The position numbers were made by a program, and so were the translations under genes. Shown here piece after piece: positions 13,396-28,630 of a stretch of DNA of 64,000 bases. Below the pieces are notes generated by a model. That model was not told the origin of the DNA, searched no databases, and saw only the letters and a program-made list of their open reading frames with translations. Every line of letters starts with the position of its first letter. The first letter of the stretch is position 1. The DNA is from Eledone cirrhosa (lineage: Eukaryota), in assembly GCA_964016885.1 (NCBI GenBank), contig OZ024751.1:15748001-15812000 (forward strand). The letters are read 5' to 3'.

Positions 13396-13601
13396 CATAC
13401 GTACATACATACTCATATATATACATACATACGTACATACATACTCATATAAATACATACATACATACATACGTACATACATACTCATATATATATATAT
13501 ATACATACATACATACGTACATACATACTCATATATATATACATACGTACATACATACTCATATATATATACATACATACATACATACGTACATACATAC
13601 A

Positions 13602-13955
13602 AATCTTGAGAAGCTAGGCTTCACATGAACAGAAATAACACAACTAGTTAGGAAATTACAAGTACAATCCATTAATGGAACAGTAAAAATATGTAAAACA
13701 TTTCAAAAATTTTGCATCTAATAACTGCATATACACATGTCAGATACAAAGCATATACGCATGCACACATACAACTCAAAACATACACATCCACACATAC
13801 AATAACATCCATATCTACACATGCAGACATGCATACATAATCTACCTAGTTGATGTTGAGTAAATTCCAATGAGAGAGTCTTGTGTCTAAGTTAGAAACC
13901 GACTCTCTCTCTCTATTGGTAAAACTTTGTGAAATTATAAAACCAGAAGAACATA
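13602..13955 (+). mobile_element. 3' end of R4/Dong-like LINE in a (TACA)n array
   Basis: Encodes NLEKLGFT...QLVRKLQVQSINGTVKICKTFQKFCI* plus the same 3'UTR as the 34.5-36 kb copy. Confidence 0.85.
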
Positions 13956-14042
13956 CTCATATATATACATACATACGTACATACATACTCATATATATAC
14001 ATACATACATACATACATACATACACTCTCGCATGCACAAAT

Positions 14043-14340
14043 TCACACACACTTACTCAAACACTTACATAAACTCACACACACTTACTTAAACACTTAC
14101 ATAAACCCACACACGCTTACTCAAACACTTACATAAACCCACACACACTTACTCAAACACTTACATAAACACACACACACTTACTCAAACACTTACATAA
14201 ACCCACACACGCTTACTCAAACACTTACATAAACCCACACACACTTATTCAAACACTTACATAAACCCACACACTTACTCAAACACTTACATAAACCCAC
14301 ACACATGCTTACTCAAACACTTACATAAACCCACACGCAC
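14043..14340. repeat. Minisatellite, ~32 bp unit, about 9 copies
   Basis: acacacacttactcaaacacttacataaaccc. Confidence 0.9.
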
Positions 14341-14787
14341 TCATCAGATTTAATAGCTTCATACTTACAGTAAAATCTGTAGATAGACTTTACACATTTT
14401 GTAACATTCTTATAATTCTAAAGTTTAGCATATTTAAAATGTACCTAATCGATTATATTTGGTAAAATCTGCACAATCACTTTATTAAATCTTTGAAATT
14501 CCATACAACCTAAATGTGTCGCTTATGGAATATTAATATAGAGTTTACATGGTATTGGTGTACAGTGTATAAAGTGTTTTATATATGTCTATATGTCTAT
14601 ATATGTATGTATGTATGTCAATATATGTATGTATATATGTCTATGTATGTATGCATGTATGTATGTATGATTGTATGTATATATGTATGTATATGTATCT
14701 ATGTATGTATTTATGTAGGTATGCATGTATGTAAGTATGTATGTATGTATGTATGTATGTATGTATGTATGTATGCATGTATGTAAG

Positions 14788-14819
<32 letters not shown>

Positions 14820-14984
14820 TGTATGTATGTATGTATGTATGTATGTATGTATGTATGTATGTATGTATGTATATGTATGTATATGTATATATATATGTAT
14901 ATGTCTATATATGTATGTACTTGCACAGGTAACCGGCATTTGAGTCAGTAAAACAATCTACCGAAGGAAATACTTCTGAATGAA

Positions 14985-15561
<577 letters not shown>

Positions 15562-16214
15562 CACACTACTGGCTTGTTAGGATCATTTTATTGACAAAGT
15601 CAATGTAACGGCCGCTATCTTAGGTAAAACCATTGCATGACAATTTGCAGACGACCACGCTATTTGTTGTTGCAGGATATTTAGCTGTGGGTTTCTTCTG
15701 ATACTTTGTTTAGCCAGTTATTATGTCATGCTTCGGGATTTTCTACAATTTCCGCACAAATGTTATTTCTTTACTACAATTGTCTGGCAAGATGAGGCAA
15801 TCATGTGTGTGTGTGTGTGTGTGTGGTTTTGAAAGTGAGTTTGTTTGTGTGGTTTTGTGTGTGTGTATATGTGTTTGTTTATATGTATGAGTGTGTGTGT
15901 GTTTGTGTGTATGTTTGTGTGTGTGTGTGTGGTTTTGTGTGTTTATTTGTTCATTTGTGTGTGTGTATGTGTTGTTCTCAATATTAGAATAAAGAAGTGT
16001 CATTTCTAATGAGTAATCAACACAATTTATAAGAGATTATAAGGGGAGGGAAAGGCGATTGTATCGGAAGCTGAAAAGCGAGGTGACCTCGGAAGGATAT
16101 GAATCCAGAACGTAGAGAGTCTATATATATAACTCTGGTAACTTGATAGGTTTAGGCCAGTGTGTGCCCAGGTCGTGTCTAAATTAATAGCACCACCTGT
16201 ATATATAGTATATA

Positions 16215-16258
<44 letters not shown>

Positions 16259-17251
16259 TACACAACCACATGCACACACACATATATATACTTACATATA
16301 AATATATACATATGCATACGTGTTTATATATATATATACTTATATATATGTATATATGTATGTACAGACACACACACGCAATCCCTCACACACATATATA
16401 TATATATATATGTATGTATATATATGTAGGTCATTATAGTGCAGTATTCCACTATTACCTTTGGTAAGGTGACAGAAGCTCTATGCTCACTAAAATCCTC
16501 ATCTAATAAGAAGTTTAAAAGAGACGAATAAGTCTTTGAAAATCTTGAGGACAGTTCAAAAGACCACGGTTAACAACTGAAATACATTCTTTAATTCCAA
16601 TCTGTTTTTTTTATTTAATTGCTTGCTTCACTCCCAGTGTTTCATATGGAGTCTATTCTTATTGCTTTTCTGAATTTGGTAAACTTTGTTCCTTCTCACA
16701 TTTCCTGAAGAAATGCAGTCAAATGTATTATGTAAAGTGTTAATAATTGCTAATTAACTATGTCCGATTTTATTTTCATATGCATGTACTATTGTAACCG
16801 CGTTGAAACGGAGTAGAAATTAAAGAATGGATTTAAGTTGTTAACTTTGGTCTTACAAGGAAGATGAAAAAAACTTACCTCAACACTAAATTTTAAATCT
16901 TTAATTTTTAGTTTCTAATTCTTATTAATTCTTTTTAATACTCACCATTTGATAAGATGAATCTTACTAATACATCGAAACCGGTTACACTTTATATACT
17001 TTATATACATTATAAAACTCTTTTTTAAAAGAATTGTCCCCCTCATTTTTTCAATAATGTCACTTTGACGAATCAAAGAAACGAAAAAAAATAAAATAAA
17101 AACAGACCCTTAAATATATTTTCCGTGCTATTTCCAATCTTACCTTTTCTCTCTCTCTCTATATATATATAAGATGAACAATGTTTCATAGACAATATGT
17201 TAAGTATATGAAACATTGTTTACACTAAATAATCTCTCTTCAACCGATTGA

Positions 17252-17459
17252 GCCGAGGTTAACTTTGCCTTTCATCCTTACGGGGTCGATAAAATAAAGT
17301 ACCAGTAATGTACTGAGTAATTGCTGGCCTTATGCCAAAAGTAGAAACAATTATATATATATATATAACTTTGCCTTTCATCCTTACGGAGTCGATAAAA
17401 TAAAGTACCAGTAATGTACTGGGTAATTGCTGGTCTTGTGCCAAAAGTAGAAACAATTG
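17252..17459 (+). mobile_element. Two tandem 5'-truncated Nin-SINEs
   Basis: aactttgcctttcatccttacgg.gtcgataaaataaagtaccag...aaaagtagaaacaatt twice. Confidence 0.85.
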
Positions 17460-18211
17460 TATATATATATATATATATAATATATATTTAATACAATAAC
17501 AGAGATAGCTTAAAGCTAAACTCTGACTGGTAACCATCTCACTCAACAAACATTAGGTTATATATTAGTATAAACCCAATTTAAGTGTTTGGGGTGCTAA
17601 CTATATGTATTATGTGGAAAGCCAGTTGTATTATTTTATGAGATATAATTAAAGTTAAAATATGTGGATCAACAGTGTCAGAGAGAGACCAGCATCCTGT
17701 TCTTGTTCCTAATGACAGCCACACTATGGTTGGCAACAACACTTTCCAACTTTACAAATATATTTATATATATTACATTCGATACAGTACATATAGTCGA
17801 AATCATTGTGTACTGTCGTGATGATTTTATGGTTTACAGAATAAATATCATATTAAAAAAAAAAAATGTAACCCTGACGACTCTACTGAGGCGATGTAAA
17901 GTACATAATTCCATCATTAGTCGTACACAATTCTTATACTGTTCATTAGCATAATGACAATACTTATCAGATGTATGAGACAATACTTATGAGAAATCTT
18001 TATTGTAACAGCAAACATCATGTACTGTATAGTTATAGTCTCTATTTGCTTTGCTTTGTATTTCTATAGTGTTTTTTTTAACATTTAGTTCTGATTGGTA
18101 GTTTTCTGGTATTTGTTGTTGTCGTTGTTGTCTTAGCTGGTGTTGTTGTTTTTGTTGTTGTTGCTGTTGTTTAACAAAACACTAAATGGAGATATTGTTC
18201 CATCTGTTGTC

Positions 18212-18242
<31 letters not shown>

Positions 18243-18276
18243 CATACACCCCCCACACCCACACCCACACACCCAC

Positions 18277-18412
<136 letters not shown>

Positions 18413-18482
18413 GGCGATGAATTTGCTTTGCAAAGTTTTTTTTATATGAAATCGTGTGTTAAAACAGTAAGTGTGTTTTATT

Positions 18483-18675
18483 AAAGGGCGGCGAATTGGC
18501 AGTATCGGTAGAGGGTCGGACGCTATGCTTTCTAGCATAGTTACGTTCCTTTACGGCCTGAGTTCAAATCCCGTCGAGGTTAACTTTGCCTTTCATCCTT
18601 ATGGGGGTCGATAAAATAAAGTACCAGTAATGTACTGTGTAAATGTACTTGTGCCAAAAGTAGAAACTATTATTT
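18483..18675 (+). mobile_element. Full-length Nin-SINE
   Basis: Head aagggcggcgaattggcagtatcgg, B-box gagttcaaatcc, Nin core, (ATT)n tail. Confidence 0.85.
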
Positions 18676-19616
18676 TTGGCAATATTATACCGATATGACC
18701 CTCCCCAAAATATAACTCTATATATGTACGTATAAAGTGTTAAAACGATCAAATTTTAGTTTTGAACATTTATTAGCTGACAGTTGTTTCTTCCAGAGGG
18801 AAGTCTGGAATCATCGGAGCATAAGGAGTGTCGAAAACGTGTAACTAGAATCCTAGTCATTTAGGACATTTAGGGTACATAGTTGTTATTAGTGTCAAGG
18901 GAATCATGTGGAGATTCAGGAGTTAAAAAGATGTTCCGCTTGAAATAACACAATTACAGGCAGCACTGGTTGGAAGTATAATAGGTATAAGTAAAAGTAA
19001 AAATCACAAGCCAAAAAAATACAGGGAAAGAAGTTATAAGCAAGGACAATTGGTGTACAATGCAGGAGTCAATACAGTCAATAAGGCATGTATGAGGAAA
19101 GAGTTATAATGCAGTACTTAGTACTACCCTACATATTTATAGTTATATCAAACATATATAAATATAAATATAAATATTACTGTATGTATATATATATATA
19201 TAGGCCGTATGTATATATATATATATTACTGTATGTATATATATATAGGCCGTATGGTCTCCGTTTATTTTTGGGATTCGAAACCGATCGGTAAAGGTAA
19301 CTATAGTAGGTAAAGTCAATTTTTTAAAATTTATTTTGAAACTTTTTCATTATTTGCTAAACCTTGTTTATATATATATATATATATATATATTTTTTTT
19401 CTTTTCTCTCCGAAGCATGTCATATCGAACAATGTAATAGAAGTAGTATTTAGACTACATACAGTTGTAGCATAAACATAAAAAATACACAAATACAGAC
19501 ATATGCATTAGATGTATATATATATATATATATATATGTGTGTACACATATATATATATATATTACACACACAAACACACAGGTATATATATGCATATAT
19601 ATAAACACATATATAT

Positions 19617-19669
<53 letters not shown>

Positions 19670-19808
19670 TATGTAGACAAACATATATATGTGTTTATAT
19701 ATATGCATATATATATATAAATACATATATATGTTTGTGTACATATATTTATATATACATATATATACGCATGCATATATGTGTGTGTACATTTATGTAT
19801 ATACATAA

Positions 19809-19855
<47 letters not shown>

Positions 19856-20374
19856 AGTATATATATATAGATACACGCATACATATATGCACACACATAT
19901 TCACACACACACATGCACACACACATGCACACACACATGCACACACACACGCACACACACGCATGGAAGCATTTCTCATTCTCTTGAACAAAGACATCAA
20001 TGAAGATAGTTGTAGGAACAACGAATATGGCGTATATTTTATTTAATGATTCTTTACTCGAACTTTTGTTCTCATTGTTCAGTTATCATGTTAAATTAGA
20101 GTTGTGTTACAATTTACTTTGGAACGATAAGGAATCATGATTTAAAAATAATACACACGAAGACATATTTGTTAGCCTCAGTCTTTTATCTTTAGTAGTT
20201 TCATTGTACCGCTATTTTTACATTGTTACAAGTAGTATTTCTTTCGCGACGATCTACCAAGTAAGTAAAAGTACACACCAAAGAATTTATCGCAGTGTAC
20301 AGTAAAACGAGCTTTTCTAAAGACACCAAATAGCCAGTATTAACTCAAATAGCGAGTATTAATCCAAATATCCA

Positions 20375-20578
20375 GTGTTAACTGGCCATATCCGGTCAGT
20401 ATGTTCTCATCTCTTTCTGTTCAAACCAGCCATAACCGACTGCTCATAGTTACGTTTAGGTATTGTTCTCAAAGTAAATAATATCAACATTTCGAAGATT
20501 CGATATTATGTGGGATAAAGTGTTTACCTTGAAAATACAATTGTAGATATAGAGTAATGTAAATGCTAAAGGGTTAAA
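20375..20578. mobile_element. piggyBac-like MITE
   Basis: Ends aaatgctaaaggg-TTAA; inverted homolog at 21149-21375. Confidence 0.65.
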
Positions 20579-21148
20579 CCAAACAGCATGTGAGCGTCAT
20601 ACTACCTCACTTGTTTACTCACTTGTTTACTCACTGCTTACTCATAGGAATTGGCCATAATGTTGCTACCAACAAAGGTTTCCAGCTGCTAAAAGATGTC
20701 TAAATATTCGTATTTTAGATATTGATTAACTATTTTCTAGACAAGACTTTTAAATCTTCATAAAATAACCAAGTAAACAAAATCTGTAAATTTAAAACTA
20801 ATTAAATCAAACTTGGAATCATTTGTTTTGATAGATAAAACTTTAAGATATATATTATTTATAAACTGCTTGTAGGAATCGAGTATTTTATTCATAGGTG
20901 GTAAATGTTAACTAGATTCACACGTTTGGTAAATGTTAACTAGATACAGACATTCGGTAAATATTGGTAAACTGTGTTAGTTGATATCCATCGACAAACA
21001 CAGTCAACTGGAAGTTTTTTTAGTTAGTAGCCATTAAACCGCTTTGTTTGAATTGTAACACACGCCGCTCGCTATATTAATTAATTCCAGTTTTTCTTTT
21101 TACATTTTCTATTTCATACTATGTTTAAAACTTCAACAGGATGATACA

Positions 21149-21375
21149 TTAACCCTTTTAGCATTTACATTATTCTATATATACTTTTGTATTTTTGTAT
21201 TAAAGGCTTTATCTTACATAATTATCTCACATGGTATCGAATATACGAGATTTTGATGTTATTTATTTTGAGAACAATACCTCAACGTCAGTGTATCAGC
21301 GGCCGGTTACGACCAGTTTGAACAGAAAGAGGTGAGAGAATTCTGGCTGGATATGGTCGGTTTAAATGCTAAACA
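21149..21375. mobile_element. piggyBac-like MITE
   Basis: Starts TTAA-cccttttagcattta and ends tttaaatgctaaa (TIR remnant). Confidence 0.65.
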
Positions 21376-21498
21376 TGTTTATTTTACAGTATTAAGTTAC
21401 TAAGGTCGGTTGGATCTTTAAACGCATTTCGCTCGACCCGGTAGTCAAATGTTCCACCAAACCACACCATAAATACTTTTAAAAAGTCAAAGTCACAT

Positions 21499-21696
21499 TA
21501 TGAGGGTCAGCTGAAAAGTTAAAAAACTGAAACAGTCATAAGCTGACCAAAATACTCTCATGGAATGACCAAACGAGGTGTACTTTTCAACATAGTCCTT
21601 GGAAAGAAACAATAAGAAGGGTTAAAATTAATGATGCAAGATCTCACAGCCCTAGCATCACTGTCAGCCTATGAATTTTTCACCCTATCCTCGCAT
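21499..21696. mobile_element. Mariner-like MITE
   Basis: Imperfect TIRs tatgagggtcagctgaaaagtt..cataagctgac and gtcagcctatgaatttttcaccctatcctcg. Confidence 0.55.
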
Positions 21697-21992
21697 ATTA
21701 GATTTTTAATCAGCGCTATAACGAAACGGCGTTAAACAAAACAACGTTGGTGATGATTGTTAAGGTGTATCAGAGTAAAAGTACATGTGACTGTGAAATA
21801 TTTAACCACGTACACTATAATTCAATGATAGTTCAATTAATATCAATAGTGGAATTCTATGGAGGATCAATTTACTTGTGTTTGTGAGTCTGTCTATGTC
21901 TGTATATGATCGTATGAATGTATGTATGTGTATGAGTATGTGTGTATATTTGTATATATATTTATATATATATTTGTGTCTATATATATATT

Positions 21993-22104
<112 letters not shown>

Positions 22105-22727
22105 ATTAGATGATTCTATTGATTAATTAATTGTTTAAGTTTGTTTGATGACTTCTAGTCGAGTGCTTTATTCGGTTTGTATAAGGGGATCCATTCCTTT
22201 ACCTCAAATTAGAATACACCGCCTAAGCGGGGGTTAACTCCCTTGGAGAAAACCACGTGTCTGTGGCGACTTTTAAAGTTACAACATACCCGCTTTGGCT
22301 AAGAACGAAAGACTTGCTGAAGAAGTAAATCCTATGTTCTGTCGTCAAAAACCATTATATTGCAGACTCCTGCAATAGGAATTTGTCGATCATGGATTTG
22401 CAGAAACTTAGCGCTGATGTTGCGTGCGATATTGCGATATATATTGTGGATACACGATGTAAGTTATATATTTTACACTCAGCCCCAGCGTTATGTCCAG
22501 GTCAGTATAAAATCTTTTCCTGGGTCCTGTATTTTCGTTGCTCTGGTAATGCGGCTGGACTGCTGACCGCTATATCTCATTTGCTAAGCTGTCTGAACGT
22601 AATGTTATTACTCTGGGGTCTTACCTCATCCGAGTGCTAAAGCTACAGACCGATTATGCATACACGTTAGCTTGGCCGTATACTAAAGCTTCGTCAATGC
22701 TGTACTAAAATATATATATATATATAT

Positions 22728-23380
22728 AGTGAAAAATTGAACGGGAACAAAACAGAGAGGCAGTACGAACAAATGTTTATTAGTTTCACGCTCTTGAGAG
22801 TGGGGTGGTGGTGGGGGACGACGTTTCGGGCATAAGCCCTTCTTCAGGCGAAAAGTGTGTGGGAAGAGAGTTCCAAGGGTGTGTAGGGGAGTGGGGGAGA
22901 GACATTTAGAAGAAAGGGGGTGAGAGGAAACGGTACAAATGAAAATAAATATAAAAGCATAATAAAAATAAAAATAAACATGAAGTAAAACAAGTGGTGG
23001 AAGGGTGTGGGGCGTGTAGGGGTGGTGGCGGGTGGAGTGGGGAGAGGGAGGCGGGGTGTCCGAGCGGGGAGGGCTGAAGGTGGTGTGTGTGTGTGTGTGT
23101 AGGTGTACGTGTGTGTGTGTGTGTGTATTTGAATGTGAGAGTTGGGGGAAGAACGGGGTTGCATGCTTAGGAAAAGATGTGTGTGGGGTGGGGTGTAGGT
23201 CGGTGTGTGTGTGCGTGTGTGAGTGGGGGTGGTGGGTGTCAGAGGGGTGTGGGAGGGGAGGGGAGGAGAGGATTCCGGAGGCTGAGTGTGTAAATATGTG
23301 GTGGTACGCACGTGTGTGTGGTGTTTATACGTATTGAGGATGTAGGTGGCGTGTGGGAAAACATTTTTTTTTAGTGTATA
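22728..23380 (-). mobile_element. PLE-like 3' region with HHR and tail (family F9)
   Basis: Minus strand is a C/A-rich UTR-like tract, then the HHR core, aataaa and a tail ending in (TA)n. Confidence 0.65.
22818..22850 (-). ncRNA. Minimal HHR core (stem I weak)
   Basis: CGC-CUGAAGA-a-GGGC(uuau)GCCC-GAAACGUC. Confidence 0.7.
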
Positions 23381-23686
23381 TATATATATGTATCTAAAAC
23401 TTAAGCAGAAATAACAACACAATGGCTACAGTATATGAAAGGAATATATTAGGTTAATGCTTGAAATAGCAGAAAGAGCGACTTGACGTTAGTCTTTCAT
23501 CAGAAGAAAGAATGAGAATTAACATAGATTGAAGGGACGGGCGGGTTGGAATTGAAAAAAAAAAATGTCTTTAGATAAAAATAACAGGTCCATTCATCTT
23601 GATATATCTTGGAAAACTGTTGGTGCTTGCGTTTTGTGTATGATTTATTTATTTTGAAAAGAGGATGATGGAGCGCGTCTACCTGA

Positions 23687-23777
<91 letters not shown>

Positions 23778-24054
23778 AGATTCTATGTGCCTATCTGTGT
23801 CTGTGAGTTAATTTATAGAAAAAAAGCACCGAGCCTAAAAGATAATTTGAAGTAATGAACAAAATTAAAAACAAAACAAATCAACAAAAATTAAAACAAA
23901 AAAGCCACGTAAAATTCAGGATCAGCGAAAATAACAACAACGACGACAACAACAACAAACACTGGAACAAACCGATAATAGTAATAAAGAGAATAGAGAT
24001 GATATGAAAATAGGGATGAGGAAGAAATGAAGATGTAAAGTCGGAGTGGCAGTA

Positions 24055-24421
24055 ATAATTGTTTCTACTTTTGGCACAAGGCCAGCAATAACACCAGTGC
24101 ATTACTGGTACTTTATTTTATCGATCCTGTAAGGGTGAAAGGCAAAGTTAACCTTGGTGGGATTTGAACTCAGAACGTAAAGGGCCATAAGTCCATGCTG
24201 CAAATCATGGTCTCTAATGCTCTGCCGATACTGCCAACCCACCGCCCTTAATTGTTTCTACTTTTGGCACAAGGCCAGCAATTATTCCAGTGCATTACTG
24301 GTACTTTATTTTATCGATCCTGTAAGGATAAAAGGCAAAGTTAACCTAGGCGGGACTTGGACACAGAACGCTGCAACGCATTGTGTCTGACGCTCTACCG
24401 ATACTGCTAATCCACCGCTCT
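24055..24421 (-). mobile_element. Two tandem Nin-SINEs
   Basis: Copies at ~24055-24250 and ~24251-24421. Confidence 0.85.
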
Positions 24422-25607
24422 TTTGAAGTAATAATGTTTCAATGTTTGAGCGCAGTGTAGATTAAGGCGAGGGAAATGACAGTGTCATTGGAACATCGGA
24501 TAAAATACCTTGCGGTATTCGTTCCAGCATTCTGCGCCCTGAGTTCAAATCCCGCTAAAGTCAACTTCGTCTTTTATATTTTAGTGGTTGGTAAATAATA
24601 TATTTACTTTAATTCAATACTGTGCCTATTTCTACTCTTAACCTCTTTTTCATTTCTCTTTCACTCTTTATGTGTCTCCTGAAGAAATCTACTCTGCTCA
24701 GACCAGGAGCTAAGATGAGTTCTGCTAGGTTTGAATGAATGTTATGATAGCGCCCCTACGACTCTGTAAAGAGTTCAGAGCCCATGGCTGAATGCACGAA
24801 TGGATGAATGGTAGTTTATTCAAAGTAGGCAACTATAAAGTTTGTTTTACAAAAAAGAATATGGCGGAAAAATGAGTAAAAATTTCAACTCCTTGTGCAA
24901 AACTAGAACCTCGTATCTCGTTCAGTACAGAAGCAATCAATACTATTGCTAATCTAATAAAGACTGCACACCAACATTAAAGAACTGCAATATGCTGATA
25001 TTTCTTTTTGTTAGCCAATATAACAAACGTAGTGAAACAGCTGTTAGCTATATTAAATTCATAAGAGTAGCAGATCTATATTTAATTAGACCGAGTGTCT
25101 TTATTACGTTGGTTTCTTACTGTCTAAATCTTCACTCATCTCTCTCTCTATATATATATTCCTATCAATCGCACTATCTTTTGTTTTTGTTAATTGATTT
25201 TCGTTCATGTGATTTTTTTCTCTTCTCCATTTACACCAGACAATTCTAAACATATGTTTATTTGTACACACACACACATACACACACATACACGCACACA
25301 CACGCGCACACATACACACACACGCACACACACACACACACACACTCACACATATACACACACATACACATACACACACATACACACACACACAGACACA
25401 CGCGCGCACACATACACACACACGCACACATACACACACACGCACACATACACACCCGCACACATACACACACGCACACACACACGCGCGCACACATACA
25501 CACACACGCACACATACACACACACTCACACATACACACACGCACACACATACACACACACACACATACACACACGCACACATACACACACGCACACACA
25601 CACGCAC

Positions 25608-25649
<42 letters not shown>

Positions 25650-25748
25650 TACACAGATTATGTAGTCATTTAAGTACAATTGTTTCGTTGGCTGCCTATT
25701 TCCAAAGATAGGTCCCAAATGCTCAGCCCATATTGTAGACACCATTTT

Positions 25749-25781
<33 letters not shown>

Positions 25782-25811
25782 ATCATAACATCACCACTAA
25801 CAATAATAATC

Positions 25812-26223
25812 ATAATTGTTTCTACTTTAGGCACAAGGCCAGCAATTACCCAGTGCATTACTGGTACTTTATTTTATCGACCCCGTAAGGATGAAACGCA
25901 AAGTCAATCTCGGCGGGATTTGAACTCAGATCGTAAAGGGACGTAACTATGCTGGAAAGCATGGCGTCCGACCCTCCACCGATACTGCCAATCCACCGCC
26001 GTGGATGATTTCTGATTTAGGCAAAAGTCCAACAATTTTTGGGGAGGGGAAAATGGATCAATTCAACCGCAATGCATTACTGGTACTTTATTTTATCGGC
26101 CTTGTAAGGATGAAAGGCAAAGCTAACCTTGGTGGGATTTGAACACAGAGCGTAAAGGGCCATAAAGTCTATGTTGCAAAGCATGTTGTCCGACCCTCTA
26201 CCGATACTGCCAATCCACCGCTC
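25812..26223 (-). mobile_element. Two tandem Nin-SINEs
   Basis: Copies at ~25812-26000 and ~26005-26223. Confidence 0.85.
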
Positions 26224-26995
26224 ACCCATCAGTGGCTGCGGAATTCTAGGATAAAGGCAGAGAGTGAGGGATTCATTTTGGCTCCAGAAGACCAGTGTCT
26301 TTCAAAGTGAAAATTTCAAGACAATCTGATCAGAAATGGAATTGACTCAAAGTGTCGATTCTGCGATGAGCATGATGAGACCAATGATCACCTTGTTTTA
26401 GGCTGCAAACTGTCAGCTCTCCAGGAATATAAAACGGAGGGAAAATGGTATAACCTTCACCCAGATGTAGTAACAGGAGGTGAGAATGTGACAATCCTAG
26501 GGGGTTTCCCTATGAATACCGACAGAACCATCAAGGCCAACACACCTGATATAATTGTGAAGGACCATAAAGAGAAAACATGTTTCTTAATTGACATGAA
26601 CATTCCATCAGATCGTAACATCCCCCCGAAAGAGCTTGGATAGCTCAGTAAGTATAAAGAACTATCAGTCGAAATTGAGATAATGTGGAATCTTAAAGCA
26701 TGTACAACACCAGTGATAGTCGGTGCACTTGGAATGATAAAAAAGGGAACTGAAAAATATCTGAACCGGATACCTGGCACTATCCATGTCCCGAGAAGGG
26801 CATTATCAATATAAAACCCTTGCAAAGCATTTACTGAAGTTTGTTCCCTTGTAGCATCATTTGTGGCATCATTTGTATGATAATGGATTGTAAAATGTGT
26901 GTATTATCAAATACTACCTCAGGTGTCAGGTTAGAACTCGGCATGATTTGGGAAAGAAGCAGAATTCAAAGGAAGTTTCAAATAATAATAATAAT
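26224..26995 (+). pseudogene. R4/Dong-clade LINE 3' fragment (CCHC knuckle + restriction-like endonuclease) with (TAA)n tail
   Basis: HQWLRNSRIKAESEGFILAPEDQ..CRFCDEHDETNDHLVLGC..TDRTIKANTPDIIVKDHKEKTCFLIDMNIP..KYKEL..PVIVGALG; two in-frame stops. Confidence 0.9.
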
Positions 26996-27129
26996 TGTTT
27001 CTACTTTTGGCACAAGGTCAAATAATAATAATAACAATATTGGTTTCTTTATTAGCCACAAGGGCTAACACGAAGAAAAACATTAAAGACGGTACAGAAC
27101 GGTAATAATGATAATGATAATGATAATAA

Positions 27130-27552
27130 TAATTGTTTCTACTTTAGGCACAAGGCCAGCAATTATACCAGTGTATTACTGGTACTTTATTTTATCGACT
27201 CCGTAAGGATGAAAGGCAAAGTTAACCTCGGCGGGATTTGAACTCAGAATGGCAAGGGCCGTAATTGAATGCGTCAAAGCATGGTGTCCGACCCTCTACC
27301 GATTCTGCCAATCCACCGCCCTTGATGATAATAATGATAATAATTGTCTCTACTATTGGCACAAGGCCAGCAATTATCCCAGTGTATTACTGGTACTTTA
27401 TTTTATCGACTCCGTAAGGATGAAAGGCAAAGTAAACCTCGGCGGGGTTAACTTTGCCTTTCATCCTTACGGGGTCGATAAAATAAAGTACCAGTAATGC
27501 ACTGAGTAATTGCTGGCCTTGTGCCAATAGTAGAGACAATTATTATTATTAT
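27130..27552. mobile_element. Nin-SINE (-) followed by a fold-back SINE pair
   Basis: 27130-27323 is a full copy; 27340-27552 is a palindrome of two truncated copies. Confidence 0.85.
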
Positions 27553-27556
27553 CATG

Positions 27557-27612
27557 ATATAGCCGTCGAAACGGCTTGAGCTCTGCCGTCGGGATCTTGA
27601 ACAATTTCCTAT
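27557..27612 (+). mobile_element. F5 fragment (3' half of HHR)
   Basis: tagccgtcgaaacggcttgagctctgccgtcggga. Confidence 0.75.
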
Positions 27613-27831
27613 ATATATATATATGTATAAAAACTGTTTAACTTATGCCAAAGTCTTCAAAAGGAGGAAGATACTGTCCATTAAGTTGTCTCCCATGTTA
27701 ATGACACTTTTTTTCTTTTCTGTTGGTTATATATATATATTAAAGGAGTCGGTCGACTTTCGTCAAATTGGATTGAGGAAACAATGTTTCCGTTAGTCTT
27801 TCCAATTGCTAATACTATCTATCGGTCGCAA

Positions 27832-27922
<91 letters not shown>

Positions 27923-27944
27923 CATATATATATATATATATGTG

Positions 27945-28060
27945 TTTTTATATATAGTTTTTTATATATAGGTTTTTATATATAGGTTTTTATATATAGG
28001 TTTTTATATATAGTTTTTTATATATAGGTTTTTATATATAGTTTTTTATATATAGGTTTT
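27945..28060. repeat. ~15 bp tandem repeat, about 7 copies
   Basis: tatatataggttttt. Confidence 0.85.
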
Positions 28061-28093
28061 TAAAATCCACTGTCAATAAATACACCAGGATTT

Positions 28094-28154
28094 TTTCATT
28101 CTGATGACTGAAAGCAAATTTCTTTTGCTTTCAAGAAACCACTGGTAAATGAAA
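28094..28154 (+). ncRNA. Type I hammerhead ribozyme (family F6)
   Basis: UUUCAUU-CUGAUGA-cUGAAAGCAAA(uuucu)UUUGCUUUCAa-GAAA-CCACUGG-UA|AAUGAAA; element spans ~28060-28185. Confidence 0.85.
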
Positions 28155-28185
28155 TAATTATCTTATGTTGTTTATTACATAAATA

Positions 28186-28269
<84 letters not shown>

Positions 28270-28352
28270 GACCTTCTTCCTGCTATATCAAGCGTTAACC
28301 TAATATATCTCTTCCATATACTGTACCGATTGTGTTGTTATTTCTGTTTACC

Positions 28353-28420
<68 letters not shown>

Positions 28421-28454
28421 ATATATATATATATACACATATACATACACACAC

Positions 28455-28630
28455 ACGATGAGATTCTCTGTCAGTTTTGACGATAAGCATTCAGTATTTA
28501 GATCAGTCGAACTACCAATTCGTTAAATTAACGTGTATATGATTGAGTCTTGTGCAGCACGTATACCCTTAACGTAATCTTCAGGTTAAACCAGCGTGAC
28601 AATATACGTGACAAGGCCAAGCCTTTCAAT
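28455..28630 (-). mobile_element. Degenerate V/Meta-like SINE 3' part
   Basis: cccttaacgtaatcttcagg..cagcgtgaca..gtgacaaggc aligns with 12500-12620 in reverse orientation. Confidence 0.55.

Noticed and set aside
22360-22700. Higher-complexity segment with a gtaagt donor-like site (possible host exon)
   Set aside because: No recognisable protein in any frame and no partner exons.
23485-23510. Minus-strand CUGAUGA followed by a GAC/GUC hairpin
   Set aside because: No GAAA or stem I partner downstream; at best a decayed remnant.
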